From the NCBI GenBank assembly GCA_964016885.1, contig OZ024750.1, positions 46,314,001 through 46,378,000 on the forward strand: 64,000 nt of DNA, written 5' to 3'. Shown here piece by piece: positions 13,496-26,109 of the stretch. Under the pieces are notes generated by a model. It was not told where the DNA came from. It was given only the letters and a program-made list of their open reading frames with translations, and searched no databases. Position numbers and translations under genes: made by a program. Within the stretch, counting starts at the first letter, position 1; each line of letters starts with the position of its first letter. This DNA comes from Eledone cirrhosa. Lineage: Eukaryota.

Positions 13496-16400
13496 CTATA
13501 GTCTGATGTAGAGTGAAGGCCCATTCACACGGGCCATTCTCGCCACTTTCACCCATCTTTCATAGAAACGGCTGGGGTGCAGCACCTCTCTCTCCATCCT
13601 GATCCTTCTTCCGAAATGATATCGGAAGAAACGGACCAGTTGTTGGCCAGAGAGAAAGGTGCCCGACCTCAGTCCTTTCAGACGCGTCCACCATACAACC
13701 TCTTTCGCCATGGCTATTACGCACAGAAACACCGCCTCTGCTTCATCTTTGAAGGGGGGAGGCGGCTTGATCATTACAATAGACTCGGTGGTCAACCGGA
13801 TCGGTCCCACCCTTGACAGCAGTTGTTCGACATAGCCCCACAGATCGGTTACGCCCGAGCAGTGTACTAATGCGTGTGCAACGGTTTCCTCGTCGCACAC
13901 GCATCTGGGACAGATCTTTTTGGCGGGGTCCCTACCCGGGCGCCCGTGTCTGTAGAGCCTTTCTCGAACGGGTAAAGCCCCTCGGTAGCACTGCCAGGCC
14001 AGGGACTTCTGGAAGTTGTCCATAGGTCCCGGGCTGAATGTCCTACCGAACAGGCTGGCCAGTTCGTCCTCCTCCATGTCTAGGGCTTCTCCGAGGGCGT
14101 CGTCGCACCTGCTGCGTACCAGCCCTCTATAGAATGTTGCGGTGGAGTCTCCACTGATAACCGGATCCGCCTGCCAGAGGGCGGTGAGCGCCTGGGCACA
14201 CTCAGTGTGCCAGGCGCCCAGTTTTCTCGGTCTTTGCTTGACCCAGGATTGCAGCTCGGTGAGTGAGACGAGTCTGGGAAAGGTTCGTCTCACAAACGGG
14301 GCCCACACCGGTTGTCCGGTGAGGAATACGTAGAGGTGCCGTAGCCTTAATGCGTGTTTACGCATCATTAGCCACGGCTTCCCCAGCCCTCCTTTCGAAG
14401 GGTGTTGACAGCAGATGGATCTCCTCACCATAGGAGCCCGCCTCTTCCAAAGGAATTGGAAGAGCGCGCGCTCCATCTTGGTGAGGGTTTCCCTTGGGCA
14501 GGGCACTACGGTCAGGCGGTAGTAGATGACGGACGCTATGTAGGTGTTCGCCACCTCCGCCCGACCTTTCAGGGATAGTTTGCAACTGGCCCACTTCTGG
14601 GTCAGTGCAAACACCCTGTTCGTAACCTCCGCCCAGTTTTTCTCCACCTGGAGGTCCGGTCCGAACCAGACCCCGAGCAACTTCACCGGGCCCTCCGTCC
14701 AGCGTCCGACGACGCCATCGGAGGGCATCGGTCTGCCCCTCCACGTGCCGAGTTGCAAACCGATCGACTTGTCCCGGTTCAGCTTAGCCCCTGTGAACTT
14801 TTCGTACTCCTCCAGTAAGGTGCCGACCGCCTCGATTTCGGAGGCCGTCGACACCATTACTGTCACGTCATCGGCGTAGGCCGACACCGCTTTCCGCAAT
14901 CCCGGTTCCAAAGGGATGCCCTGCAACAACTCCAACTTCCGCAGTAGTGGCTCGAGAGTCAACACATACAGAAGGGAGGAGAGAGGGCACCCTTGTCGGA
15001 TGGACCGCGCGATTTTGAACGGCTCCGAGAGGTAGCCGTTCACCTTGACCCTAGAGCAGATGCGGCCGCTGTGCATAGCAGTGATCCAGCCCCTGAAAAC
15101 GGGTCCGAAGCCTGCCGCCGCTAGCACCGCATCCAGGTAACCATGGTCGACCCTATCGAACGCCTTAGATTGATCCAAGTTGATCAGAGCCCCACCAAAG
15201 CCGGGTTCGTTCCCAACCCTCTCTATGATGTATCGCATGAGGTGGAGGTTGTCATGGATGGACCTGGACGGGATAGCGCATGTCTGCGCATCTCCCACCA
15301 GGTTGCCCACGACAAGCGCCAACCTCTTTGCTAGCACCTTGGCCAAAATCTGTAACTCTGTATTTAGCAGTGTTATGGGCCTGAAGTTACTTATTTCGTC
15401 CCCCTTGTTCTCGTCCTTCCTCACTAGCGTGACTACGCCCTTGGTCACAGTACAGGGAATTCTCCCGTTCTGTTGCCAGTTGCAGTAGACCGCCTCGAGG
15501 AGATCGGGGAACAAGTCCGGCATAGCTAGATATAATTCGTAAGGAAGACCATCGAGACCCGGGGATTTGCGTTTGCCGCATTGGCTCAGCACGTCCTCTA
15601 TCTCAGCGGCCGAAATCGGCTCCTCGCAGGACTTCGCCTCCCTGTCCGAGAGGCGCGGCAGGCTGTCGAGGTATGGACCGAAGTCCACGTTCCCAACCGG
15701 CTCCCCGCCCCTCCCGAACAGTCGGGCAAAGTGCCTTTGAAAGGCCTCACACATCTGCTTAGGCTCAAGAATCGCCCGTCCATCCAGGTCTCGCAAAGAC
15801 CGGATGGTGGATTTAGTTCCACTGTTGGCCTCTGTCACGCGGGCCCAGCTAACAGCTTTGGTCCCCTCGTTCCCTAGAGCACGTATTTTACTTCGGACAA
15901 CGCAGCCTTCGTGCTTCGCGTCGAAAAACTGGCTCAAAGCCGTTCTCGACGCTAGCACTCTGGCCACGTCGCCGCTTCTAATTGCCTCTTCTACTCTATC
16001 TATTAGCTCCCTTTCCTTCCTATTCCTATCCGCAGCTAGAACCTTACTAAATTCTATCGAGACTACTCTAATCTCTCTCTTTAGAGATACCCACCACCTG
16101 CTGTTGACGATCGCTCCAGTCAACCGTTCCTTAACTAACGTACTAATCCGATTCCTGTAGGCTCTACTTGCCGGCAAGGACAAGTTGAGCTTCCAGTAAC
16201 CGGGGCCCTGTCTATGAGTTCTGTCAAGGTTGACCATGCAGGTCACTAATTTGTGGTCTGAATAGCCAACCATGCGCATTTTTGGACAACTTAAAAAGTC
16301 CTTATCCTTAATTCTAACTAAGAACCTATCTAGGTACGACCTAGATGATCCGCTACGATTTGCCCAAGTCCAGGTTGGCGCAGTCGGAAAATCTAGTCGA

Positions 16401-16933
16401 TATCTATCGGCCAGGTCAAATCGACCGATTAACCCTTTGAGGCTATTACACCCCTCTCTATCGGGGCAGGCCCCTACGTAGTCCCAGCGTGCATCTAGGA
16501 TACCATTCCAGTCCCCCACTAATAGCAAGGAGCGGGACGTCCCTAGAAAAGTCTCCAGACGATGGAAGAAGTCCGGCCGCATTGACCCGAAAGGGCCGTA
16601 GGCGGCTACCAACCTAAACGCTCCGCCTTTACCACTTCCAAGGTCCAGAACCACTAGTCGACCCTCCGGGTCCAAATGTACCATCTGTGTTGCGAGACCC
16701 AGATGTTTTTGCAGCAGAACGACAACTCCACCCCCACCTCCGGGCTGACAGAGAGATGCGTGCATCTCAAAGTCCTCAAAGGTGGGGGCCAGCTGTCGCA
16801 CGTTGCTGATCCGGGCCTCGCAAATAACCATCACATCTATACGTTGTGACCTGAGGTCATTTAGAAGCATTGCTTGCTTCCAAGTTGAGCCCAGGCCACG
16901 CGCATTTAAACAGCCTACTCTTAGCATAGCCAT
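13496..16933 (-). CDS. Tx1 ORF2: APE endonuclease + reverse transcriptase + C-terminal Cys/His finger
   Basis: Uninterrupted frame from ATG 16933 (MAMLRVGCLNARGL). Motifs: LVGDWN and SDH (APE); SPGLDG, NFRPITLLN, LDQSKAFDRV, RQGCPLS, YADD (RT); CPRC...H...HC. Confidence 0.95.
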   Translation of the reverse strand: MAMLRVGCLNARGLGSTWKQAMLLNDLRSQRIDVMVICEARISNVRQLAPTFEDFEMHASLCQPGGGGGVVVLLQKHLGLATQMVHLDPEGRLVVLDLGSGKGGAFRLVAAYGPFGSMRPDFFHRLETFLGTSRSLLLVGDWNGILDARWDYVGACPDREGCNSLKGLIGRFDLADRYRLDFPTAPTWTWANRSGSSRSYLDRFLVRIKDKDFLSCPKMRMVGYSDHKLVTCMVNLDRTHRQGPGYWKLNLSLPASRAYRNRISTLVKERLTGAIVNSRWWVSLKREIRVVSIEFSKVLAADRNRKERELIDRVEEAIRSGDVARVLASRTALSQFFDAKHEGCVVRSKIRALGNEGTKAVSWARVTEANSGTKSTIRSLRDLDGRAILEPKQMCEAFQRHFARLFGRGGEPVGNVDFGPYLDSLPRLSDREAKSCEEPISAAEIEDVLSQCGKRKSPGLDGLPYELYLAMPDLFPDLLEAVYCNWQQNGRIPCTVTKGVVTLVRKDENKGDEISNFRPITLLNTELQILAKVLAKRLALVVGNLVGDAQTCAIPSRSIHDNLHLMRYIIERVGNEPGFGGALINLDQSKAFDRVDHGYLDAVLAAAGFGPVFRGWITAMHSGRICSRVKVNGYLSEPFKIARSIRQGCPLSSLLYVLTLEPLLRKLELLQGIPLEPGLRKAVSAYADDVTVMVSTASEIEAVGTLLEEYEKFTGAKLNRDKSIGLQLGTWRGRPMPSDGVVGRWTEGPVKLLGVWFGPDLQVEKNWAEVTNRVFALTQKWASCKLSLKGRAEVANTYIASVIYYRLTVVPCPRETLTKMERALFQFLWKRRAPMVRRSICCQHPSKGGLGKPWLMMRKHALRLRHLYVFLTGQPVWAPFVRRTFPRLVSLTELQSWVKQRPRKLGAWHTECAQALTALWQADPVISGDSTATFYRGLVRSRCDDALGEALDMEEDELASLFGRTFSPGPMDNFQKSLAWQCYRGALPVRERLYRHGRPGRDPAKKICPRCVCDEETVAHALVHCSGVTDLWGYVEQLLSRVGPIRLTTESIVMIKPPPPFKDEAEAVFLCVIAMAKEVVWWTRLKGLRSGTFLSGQQLVRFFRYHFGRRIRMEREVLHPSRFYERWVKVARMARVNGPSLYIRL

Positions 16934-16957
16934 GTTGGTGGTGAAGAGAAAAGGCAC

Positions 16958-17848
16958 TTACCTCTCTGCGTCCCGGGTATCGGGCTGCACAATTTCCATT
17001 AGGGTGGGGGATGGGTTGTTGGGTGGGGTGGTGGTTTGTGGAAGTGTGGGGGCATCAGTGTGTTGTGTGGTTGGGGAGCTTGGAGTTGTGAGGGTGTTTG
17101 GGGAGGGGGTGGGATAGTTTTTTAGGAGGACGCGGTTAATGGGCCCGACGCAGGGGGGACCCACGTCCTCTTTAAAGTTGTTTTTTAAAGTTTTATAGGT
17201 GTCCTGTGGGGCCTTAATCCTTTTGAGGTGGGGGAAATCCCCTGCCTGGGTGAAGTTAGGCCCTTGTGTTTTTATTAGATTGTTGTTGTACACAATGTTT
17301 AACAGTTTTTTGTTTCTTGTATTTATGTATGTGTATGCATGTTTTTGTTTTTGTGTGGTGTTTTTTGTTTGCTGTTGTGAGCTCTTTTGTGTTGGTGTCA
17401 GTGTTATGTTTTGGGGAGGGTTTTTTTTCATTTGTGTGTCTGAGGTGTGTTTTCTTTTTTTTCTTTTGATTGTGTGGAAGTGCTCCTCCTCGTCTGACGA
17501 CGAACTAGGGTCATCTTCCGCGTTGGAGGGGAGGGGTATATTTTCAGGTTGTGTTTGCGGTACGGGTGTTTTGGAAATTGTTTTTGTTTTTTGAGTGGAG
17601 GGGATGGGTTGGACATTGTTTTGTTTTGGTTTGAGCTGTGGTGGTTGTTTTTGTAGTGGTAGTTGTGGTGATTGTGTTGGTTGTGCAGTTGTTGGTGGTG
17701 TAGGCAGGATTGGGGTTTTCTTATTAAGTTGGGGACAGACAGCCCTCAGGTGACCTCTGGTTCCGCAGAGGTAACACGAGGGCCGTCTACCCTCAACGGT
17801 AATGTTGATGAAGGTTAGATCATCCAGTATGACGCGTTCAGGGATCTG
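16958..17848 (-). CDS. Tx1 ORF1 C-terminal part (5'-truncated) with CCHC zinc knuckle
   Basis: Manually read open frame from the 5' junction to TAA at 16960-16958: [39 protein letters not shown] (CX2CX4HX4C), a P/T/Q-rich linker, [14 protein letters not shown], ending ...DTRDAER. Confidence 0.85.
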   Translation of the reverse strand, partial: QIPERVILDDLTFINITVEGRRPSCYLCGTRGHLRAVCPQLNKKTPILPTPPTTAQPTQSPQLPLQKQPPQLKPKQNNVQPIPSTQKTKTISKTPVPQTQPENIPLPSNAEDDPSSSSDEEEHFHTIKRKKRKHTSDTQMKKNPPQNITLTPTQKSSQQQTKNTTQKQKHAYTYINTRNKKLLNIVYNNNLIKTQGPNFTQAGDFPHLKRIKAPQDTYKTLKNNFKEDVGPPCVGPINRVLLKNYPTPSPNTLTTPSSPTTQHTDAPTLPQTTTPPNNPSPTLMEIVQPDTRDAER

Positions 17849-17851
17849 GGC

Positions 17852-17894
<43 letters not shown>

Positions 17895-17908
17895 TTGATA
17901 GATAGATT

Positions 17909-17950
<42 letters not shown>

Positions 17951-17951
17951 C

Positions 17952-17991
<40 letters not shown>

Positions 17992-18339
17992 TGATGGATA
18001 GATTAGTCTCGTCTGAAAGGAGGAATTTGAGAGGAATTCCAGAAAGAAATTCCCGAGAGAAAGGTGTTAGGTTCTGCGAACATGCACTAAATAGGAACCA
18101 AAGAATTAGAAATAACTTTATAAATATAGATGGATAAAACTGAGCAAAAATGTACCAAGTAATCAGTCAAAAGTATGAAAGGAATTCTAAAATTTCGGAT
18201 ATCAAGAATGAACTCATATATTTGGTTGAATTAGTTACATACTCTGAAGACAATATGTCACAAGTGACCTTTTAAAAACGGAAACACTGCTGGAATATTT
18301 TTACTTACTACATCAGTTACTATATACATACATGACTAC

Positions 18340-18372
<33 letters not shown>

Positions 18373-18375
18373 AAG

Positions 18376-18594
18376 ATCGCCGTATTTTGACTAAACAAAT
18401 TAATTATTTAGCCTGATAGTGGGGATAAGAACCCTCGGAGAAATATAAAAAGATGAGTAACTCATCTTTTTCCATTTCTCTGAGGGTTCTTAACCTCACT
18501 ATTAAGCTAAATAATTAATTTCTTTAGTCAAAATACGGTGATAGCTTATATTTCTAACTTCAAACTCGCTCGCTGTTTCGAAAATATTCTTACT

Positions 18595-18595
<1 letters not shown>
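18376..18595. repeat. Fold-back (83-bp arms) plus tail between (TA)n tracts
   Basis: 18376-18458 pairs with 18460-18542; the centre is gatgagtaactcatc. Confidence 0.85.
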
Positions 18596-18643
<48 letters not shown>

Positions 18644-18678
18644 TGTTTATATATATATATATATATATATATATGCAT

Positions 18679-18742
<64 letters not shown>

Positions 18743-18774
18743 ATATATTTATATATTTATATGTATATATGCAT

Positions 18775-18842
<68 letters not shown>

Positions 18843-18866
18843 ATATATTTATATGTATATATGCAT

Positions 18867-18910
<44 letters not shown>

Positions 18911-18952
18911 ATATATATGTATATATATATATATGTATATATGCATTTTTAT

Positions 18953-19039
<87 letters not shown>

Positions 19040-19136
19040 TAACACCTGTTCCGTATAACCATGTCCATTACGAGGTGAGGATCCGTAATGTGAAACAAGT
19101 GTTCTCGATATGTTGAACTAACTGTTGTGTTACCAC

Positions 19137-19172
<36 letters not shown>

Positions 19173-19658
19173 GAAACACACATTTAAACATTTTGAAATC
19201 CATACAATGTACTAGAAAGAAAATCAAGATTGCTAAGATAACAAAAGAATCTTACCGTAGATAATCCCGGGTTTAAAAACCCATTATCAACGGAGTATCC
19301 ATATGAGAAACTTAAAAGAGCAAACTACAACACTGTGCGCTATATATATATATATAAAATAATTGTTTCTACTTTTGGCACAAAGCCAGCAATTACCCAG
19401 ATCGACCTCGTAAGGATGAAAGGCAAAGTTAACCTCGGCGGGATTTGAATTCAGAATGGCAAAGGCCGTGAGTTCAAATCTGGCCGTGGTAGTTAAGACG
19501 GGATTAAATCACATAATTGTTTATAGTATTCATATATATTTCTGTTACATGGTTATTCATGTGACTTTGTCAGATGTGTACGCAATCATTGGAGCAGTTT
19601 TGCAATCATTGTGATATGCCGGTGGCTATGCACGTACATCCAGTAGTGAAGTAGTTCA

Positions 19659-19709
<51 letters not shown>

Positions 19710-20438
19710 AATATATATTGAATGAACCTTCCTCAGTTTCAACGAGTAGTACACTTTTTCGAGCAAATGAACGGCTTGCTCGTAAATTTGTCGTGTATGT
19801 GACCAGCTGAGAATTCCACATATGCCCTTCATGTAATTCGCAGAGAGACTTTTTCACACATCGCACAACTAACGCACCAGAAATTGAACAAATTGTGTTC
19901 CGAATCTCTGCCGAATCCAGCTCATTGAACAGAGGTTTTAGTAACCGTCTGACAATTTTTCAAGCATTTCAGCAAATTCTTGTAAGGAAAAACTTTTTAC
20001 AACCAAACAGCCTTCGAAGAATTTACCACGTCCAGAACTTAAGGATTTTATGTTACTAGCATGAATAAATGTGTAACTTGTTGACTAATACATGCACATT
20101 TTAATTGCTTTTATTTCGAACAATATAAATTTATTCTAGAGTGAGATATGCCACATTAATTTTAAATTTAGGGCAAAATGTATATTTCCTGTATTAGATG
20201 TTTGAGGAATAACACTCTGATTCTCAATTTAAAGTCTAAAAATGAGTTGAATATTCAATAAATTTCTTTTGTTAAAGTGGTCGCTCTATAAGTGTGTGAA
20301 TTTTGTATATCTAATGATATGCGTTATGTATACGAATAAACATTTTGAAAGCTATTTATCTATGAATGTTGAAAGCTGGCGATTTATTTTCGCTTGTTTG
20401 TTTCAAATTCTAACAGAGAACAGGGTGAGGGAAGCATT

Positions 20439-20474
20439 GTCCTGATGATGGCCGTAAGCTAGAAACATGTTGAC
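20439..20474 (+). ncRNA. Minimal hammerhead motif
   Basis: GTC-CTGATGA-TGGC-CGTAA-GCTA-GAAA-CATG-TT-GAC; stem I is short. Confidence 0.55.
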
Positions 20475-21319
20475 CGGTATCCCCTCCTCCTTCTTTTGCT
20501 GGAATTCATTAGATGGTGTTAACCGGCAGCTTTTCAATATTCATAGTTAAAGCGCAAAATAGCTGAACAAGGGTCTTAACTTTTCGGACACTAGTCCTTC
20601 TTCGATATGTGTTATTGCGTGTTTAATTGAATGATATGTAATATGACAGCAATTTGACTTCTATTTCTAGTTGACACTGCGTCCATATATTTGCTCTTAG
20701 TTGACCTCTGTTCAACAACAATTATCAGTTGAATAAAGTTCAGATGTACATGCAGACATTTGAAGCGAAAAACAAAATAGATAAAACACTTTATCAGATG
20801 TTAAAGAGATATACAGACAATAAACTTAAGTTGTTTCATCGTTTTGTGTAAACTAATTGAATGGTTAATAGGTTCATGGAGCCGAGAGGAGGAGAATTCC
20901 AGTCTAAAAGGTAACTGATGAAGTAAAAGCTGAAGAAATAAACAACAAAGCAACGAAGCAAAACAAGAATTCACAAAAAACAAAACAAAAGAGGTTAATA
21001 AAAAAGGGATATAACCTCTACGTTGCAAGGCGAACACACCTAAGCATACACACATACACATATAACACGTATGTACACATATAACATATGTACATATGTA
21101 CATATAGCATACATATGTACATATGTACATCTAACACACATGAATACATATAAAATATATGCATATGTACATATAACACACATATACACATATGTACACA
21201 TGTAAACATATGTACACATATACATATCTGTTCACTTATACAAATAATCTATGTTGAACACATATATACATATGTACAGAAAAACTTACTGACAAAAATA
21301 AAATTTGAAAAGCACTTAC

Positions 21320-21382
21320 CAAAAGCGCCTTGGCAGAATAATTCTTTACGCTTCTTAGTTCTTTTGCATGGACCACAATTTG
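21320..21382 (-). CDS. ADAMTSL5: ADAMTS-like gene, exon G: start of netrin-like (NTR/C345C) module
   Basis: Acceptor tgtctggcag, donor G|gtaagt; 63 nt, phase 1 to 1. Translates (A)NCGPCKRTKKRKELFCQGAF, resembling the C.PC.......[YF]C..[DA]F start of the ADAMTSL5 NTR module. The next exon was not found in the window. Confidence 0.78.
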
Positions 21383-21445
21383 CTGCCAGACATGATACAA
21401 CACAAACAATAAAAATTAAATATGAATATAAAATAACATAAAATG

Positions 21446-21507
<62 letters not shown>

Positions 21508-21546
21508 GATATTAATAAATGGAAACTATATTTATAAAACCATATT

Positions 21547-21611
21547 TATTTCATTATACATATTTCAGGGATACCAAATTAAATTATGGTATGCCTTCAT
21601 CAGACAAAATA
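21547..21611 (-). ncRNA. Hammerhead motif, family of 41908
   Basis: TATTTTGT-CTGATGA-AGGCATACCA..TGGTATCCCT-GAAA-TATGTA-TA-ATGAAATA. Confidence 0.8.
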
Positions 21612-21728
21612 CAATATATAACAGTTTTACAAATAAGCTTTGACGTACCCTTTTAATATGCAACCATTGTTTTTGGAAGCCATAACAATATTTACTTGTT
21701 GTATCCCAACAATTTTAAATAGAAATTT

Positions 21729-21780
<52 letters not shown>

Positions 21781-22145
21781 CGTGCGTGTGTATATATATA
21801 TATATAGAATAGAAAATGAAAAATCAGTGAGGCATCTGAACTCAATTTATTGTGTGTTACAATTGTTTCGCCAGCGGACAGCTCGAGACGCGATCATTGT
21901 GTGGATCTGTCTGATTCTGGACCCGCAGGTTCGACGGACACGTCTAATGATTTCGGAGCACATTCTCTCACTGGGGTATCTGACCCTCTGGGCCAGTACC
22001 GTCAAAAACTTCATCCTCTACGCGCGTCCTGTGATTGGCCGCTGGTTGTCTACGTCATCATAATTCTGACCACAGGTACCTGTCCGCTGACCATCAGGGC
22101 GTTAGCTGTCCCATGTCTGCTACACTTCAGTAAATTACTGCTGTG

Positions 22146-22255
<110 letters not shown>

Positions 22256-22482
22256 TAACGACAGTCGTACGCATAGACGCCCGCTATACACACACGTTTA
22301 AGGAGAACATATAAACATATAAACATACGCATACATGCATCCAGAGCGGCACGTACATACACAGACAGATGCCCACATAAAAAGAATATACACACAAAGT
22401 CATATAAAGATACACAATGGGTCATACATGAAAGGATGCATCTTGTTATAAATACATACATATATAAAAAAAATACATACAT

Positions 22483-22541
<59 letters not shown>

Positions 22542-22629
22542 AAATTGAGGTTGGTAATGGCACATGGAATATATAAGAGACAGAATACTTTTTGTGAAAA
22601 AACATATAATTTTATAAGGTAAGGAAAGA

Positions 22630-22800
22630 ATAAAGTGTTCCTGGAAGCTAGCTCCGGGTCTTTCCGTCTACCTATGGATGTACTACTGCTACTGTTGTAT
22701 CCGCAAGCCTCGGCACTAGGCACTCCCCTGTCCGAGGTGTACACTATGATTTCTGTATAACCGGCCCCGCGCAGTGCCTCATAATAATAGTCGGCGTGCT
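22630..22800 (-). mobile_element. Short Penelope-like thumb fragment
   Basis: HADYYYEALRGAGYTEIIVY resembles the PLE motif A..Y..AL...GY...I.Y. Confidence 0.5.
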
Positions 22801-22824
22801 GATATATATATATATATATATATA

Positions 22825-22999
22825 TATAAATTTGTTGGTTATACAACAAATTTATTTATAACAGATTCGAAGCACTCAACAGTCTTACTGGAGTATAATA
22901 TCAATGATATTAACAAATGGAAACTATATTTATAAAACCGTATTTATTTTATTATATATATATAGTTTTATAAATATAGTTTCCATTTATTAATATCAT

Positions 23000-23002
<3 letters not shown>
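22825..23002. repeat. Short fold-back of the 41639 family
   Basis: aatgatattaacaaatggaaactatatttataaaac ... gttttataaatatagtttccatttattaatatcatt. Confidence 0.8.
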
Positions 23003-23075
<73 letters not shown>

Positions 23076-23157
23076 ATATACATATATATATATTTATGTG
23101 TGTGTGTATATATATATATGTGTGTGTGTGTATATATGTGTGTATATATATATATAC

Positions 23158-23194
<37 letters not shown>

Positions 23195-23360
23195 TACATA
23201 TGTGTATATATATATATATATACACATATATATACATAAATATATATATATATATACACATATATATATATACATATATATATTTAAACACATATGTATG
23301 TAGAGATATATACATATACACGTATATATATCCATATATCCATATATATATATATATATA

Positions 23361-23411
<51 letters not shown>

Positions 23412-23620
23412 AAACATATACACACACACGCGCACGTACACATAAACACACATATATATATATATATACAAATATATATCAAAAACATTATAAAGAAAAG
23501 GGAACATCACTTAGATATATTTCTGACAAATGTAGATACATTGATAAAGAAATAATACAATTTAAAATGTATATGTATGTATAGACATATACACACTTAT
23601 ATCTATATATCTGTGTCTTC

Positions 23621-23719
<99 letters not shown>

Positions 23720-23891
23720 GCAAATAAAATATAGTAAAAATAGATGACCTACCGAGGGAAATTGCTTTACTATATATTCAATGAACACAAAAGTACAAAC
23801 AAAGGCTTTTTTTTCAGATATCAGGACAATAGAATGATATACGTATATGTATGTATACATATACATGTATATTTCTATATATATAGATACA

Positions 23892-23997
<106 letters not shown>

Positions 23998-23999
23998 AC

Positions 24000-24033
<34 letters not shown>

Positions 24034-24035
24034 AC

Positions 24036-24118
<83 letters not shown>

Positions 24119-24587
24119 TATATACATATACATATAGATACAGTGTCTGGGTGTATATAAATATATATATATATATACATCTATATATATTTTATACATG
24201 TGTATATACATACATATATATATATATATACATATATATATATTTATATTTATATAAAAATACATATATACACATACATACATACATACATACACAGGGG
24301 CTATGTATGTTTGTTAACATAAGCCATATATATTCGGTATACATCATTTATGTAAAACTACATACAATTTTATTTATTTTTGTAAAAGTTATATAGTTTT
24401 TGTATTTCCATTTTATTTATTTAGTTGTTGTTTTTTCAATTTACTATCTGTCACAAAATGTTGAGAAGATCTGCAGAACAATACAGTGTGACTCTATAGT
24501 TCTTTGCTGGAATATTCCTTGGGAATGGAATTGAGAAATAGATATATTTAGGCATGCATATATATGTATGTATCTATCTATCTATCT

Positions 24588-24885
24588 ATAACTGATTCTT
24601 TTTTTCAAATACCACTTTGAAAGAAGAATCAGGATGGAGAGAGAGGTGCTGTACCCCAGCAAGTTTTATGAAAGGTGGGTGAAAGTGGTGAGAATGGCCC
24701 GAGTGAATGGGCCTTCTCTCTATATCAGCCTGTAGGTTGAGGAAAAGGAGGAGGAGAGGAAAGGAATACAAACTCTTCGTACTCCTGGAGATGAGGGTTG
24801 CACATTTTTTTCGGGGGTATGTGTTACCCATATGAACGTCTCCCCCTTTTGGGGAAAATCGACTAATTTTTTAAATTGCATTTGT
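24588..24885 (+). mobile_element. Tx1 3' fragment preceded by (TATC)n
   Basis: Encodes FFKYHFERRIRMEREVLYPSKFYERWVKVVRMARVNGPSLYISL*, near-identical to the ORF2 end. The 5' flank is tatctatctatctatct. Confidence 0.85.
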
Positions 24886-24889
24886 GATA

Positions 24890-26100
24890 ACATTTTACAC
24901 GTTTTTATTGTATGTAAACTTCCCCCTTTGTACCATGAATTGGCTTTCTGTATGTTATGTTTAGTCCTATCTATGCTATTCCATGATTTGCTCCTGTAAA
25001 GTTGGCAAATCCCTTTTATGTCCATGTCTATGAGGGTCTTATATGTCTCCGTGGCTCTTTTGTACACTCTGATTCTGTCTCTTTGGTTGTAGCCAGAGAG
25101 CTGCATGCGATTGATGAAGTGTTGTATGTTTTTCCAGCTCAGTTTAGTCGCATATGCGGGACACTTGTTTCACTATTACCAAGTCTGCGATCAGAATATT
25201 AAACTTAGCACTACTGGATATTGCTGAGTTTTTGTGTATAAGTTATTTGGAGGCCATGGATTTAGCATAATGTGAGTAGAGAAGTTGGGTTTTCTCGTTT
25301 ATAGTGTTTAACCAGAGTTCAGTGTCTAATACTGATAGTCTGCTGTTAGGGTGTTTGGAAGGGTAGTCGATAGTTACTGTTAAGCTCTGGTGTATGGAAT
25401 TAGCTATCTGCTGGATGCTCTCCATTGTGTTAGTTTCTAATTCGGGTTTATTGGTACTCCCTTGTGTTTTTATTACTATATTAATATCATCTAAGTAACG
25501 AGAGTACATGACGAGGGGTATGGAGTTCTGTTCTAGCAGTTCTGTGAGTCTCCTTTCTCACCATACCATAAATAGGTTGGCAACATCGCCACCTATGCTG
25601 ACGCCAATGGCCGCTTCCTCATCCTGGGTCTAAATTTTCTCATTAAATTTAAATATGTGGCCCTTTAGGGAAGTTTTCATACTATCCCCTACCGCATATG
25701 CGATCATTTTTCTCACCTGATCTCGGGTGTCCGTATGGCTTTGGTTCACCCATTCCATCTTCATATGGGAGTCCTTTTAGCTATTGAAGTTATGGTGGGG
25801 GTATAACTCTTATTGACTTACTGGGGCAGAAACTGCTAAGGTCATAATTATTTAAGTATTCACTGTCACATGTAAGTCTAAGTAAGAGGCCTAGTTCATC
25901 CGTGTCAACGTCACACAATTCTACCTCATTCACTGATTATTTTCACACACTTTTCCACAGCAAAATCAATGACAATTGATGGGTACAGAGACACTTCATC
26001 CATACTGCCTATTATGCAGTTTGTTAAGTCTTCGTTGTTGTTGAAGTCATTGATTCTGCTGAGGAGGTCCTCTGTGCTGCCACATACAGCTGTCCTCATA
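24890..26100 (-). mobile_element. Penelope-like RT fragment (degenerate)
   Basis: Reads FKFNEKI..AAIGVSIGGDVANLFMVW, YSRYLDDINIV, LSVLDTELW, SGYNQRDRIRVYKRA. Confidence 0.8.
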
Positions 26101-26109
26101 TGTTTGCAA

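Larger units (their letters stand above)
13231..17851 (-). mobile_element. Tx1/L1-clade non-LTR retrotransposon, 5'-truncated, in a (GATA)n array
   Basis: Partial ORF1, intact ORF2 and a ~260-nt 3'UTR ending GGCAAATAAAAGAAATATATC. (GATA)n lies on both sides (13156-13230 and 17852-18003). GC content is far above the flanks. Confidence 0.95.

Noticed and set aside
19720-20040. Possible degenerate DNA-transposase fragment
   Set aside because: It is frameshifted, with no motif I can confidently recognise.
20801-20929. Possible next NTR exon after a good acceptor (tttcttcag); one frame contains TIQLVY
   Set aside because: The required phase gives a stop after 8 codons (AFTSSVTF*), and the similarity is in another frame.
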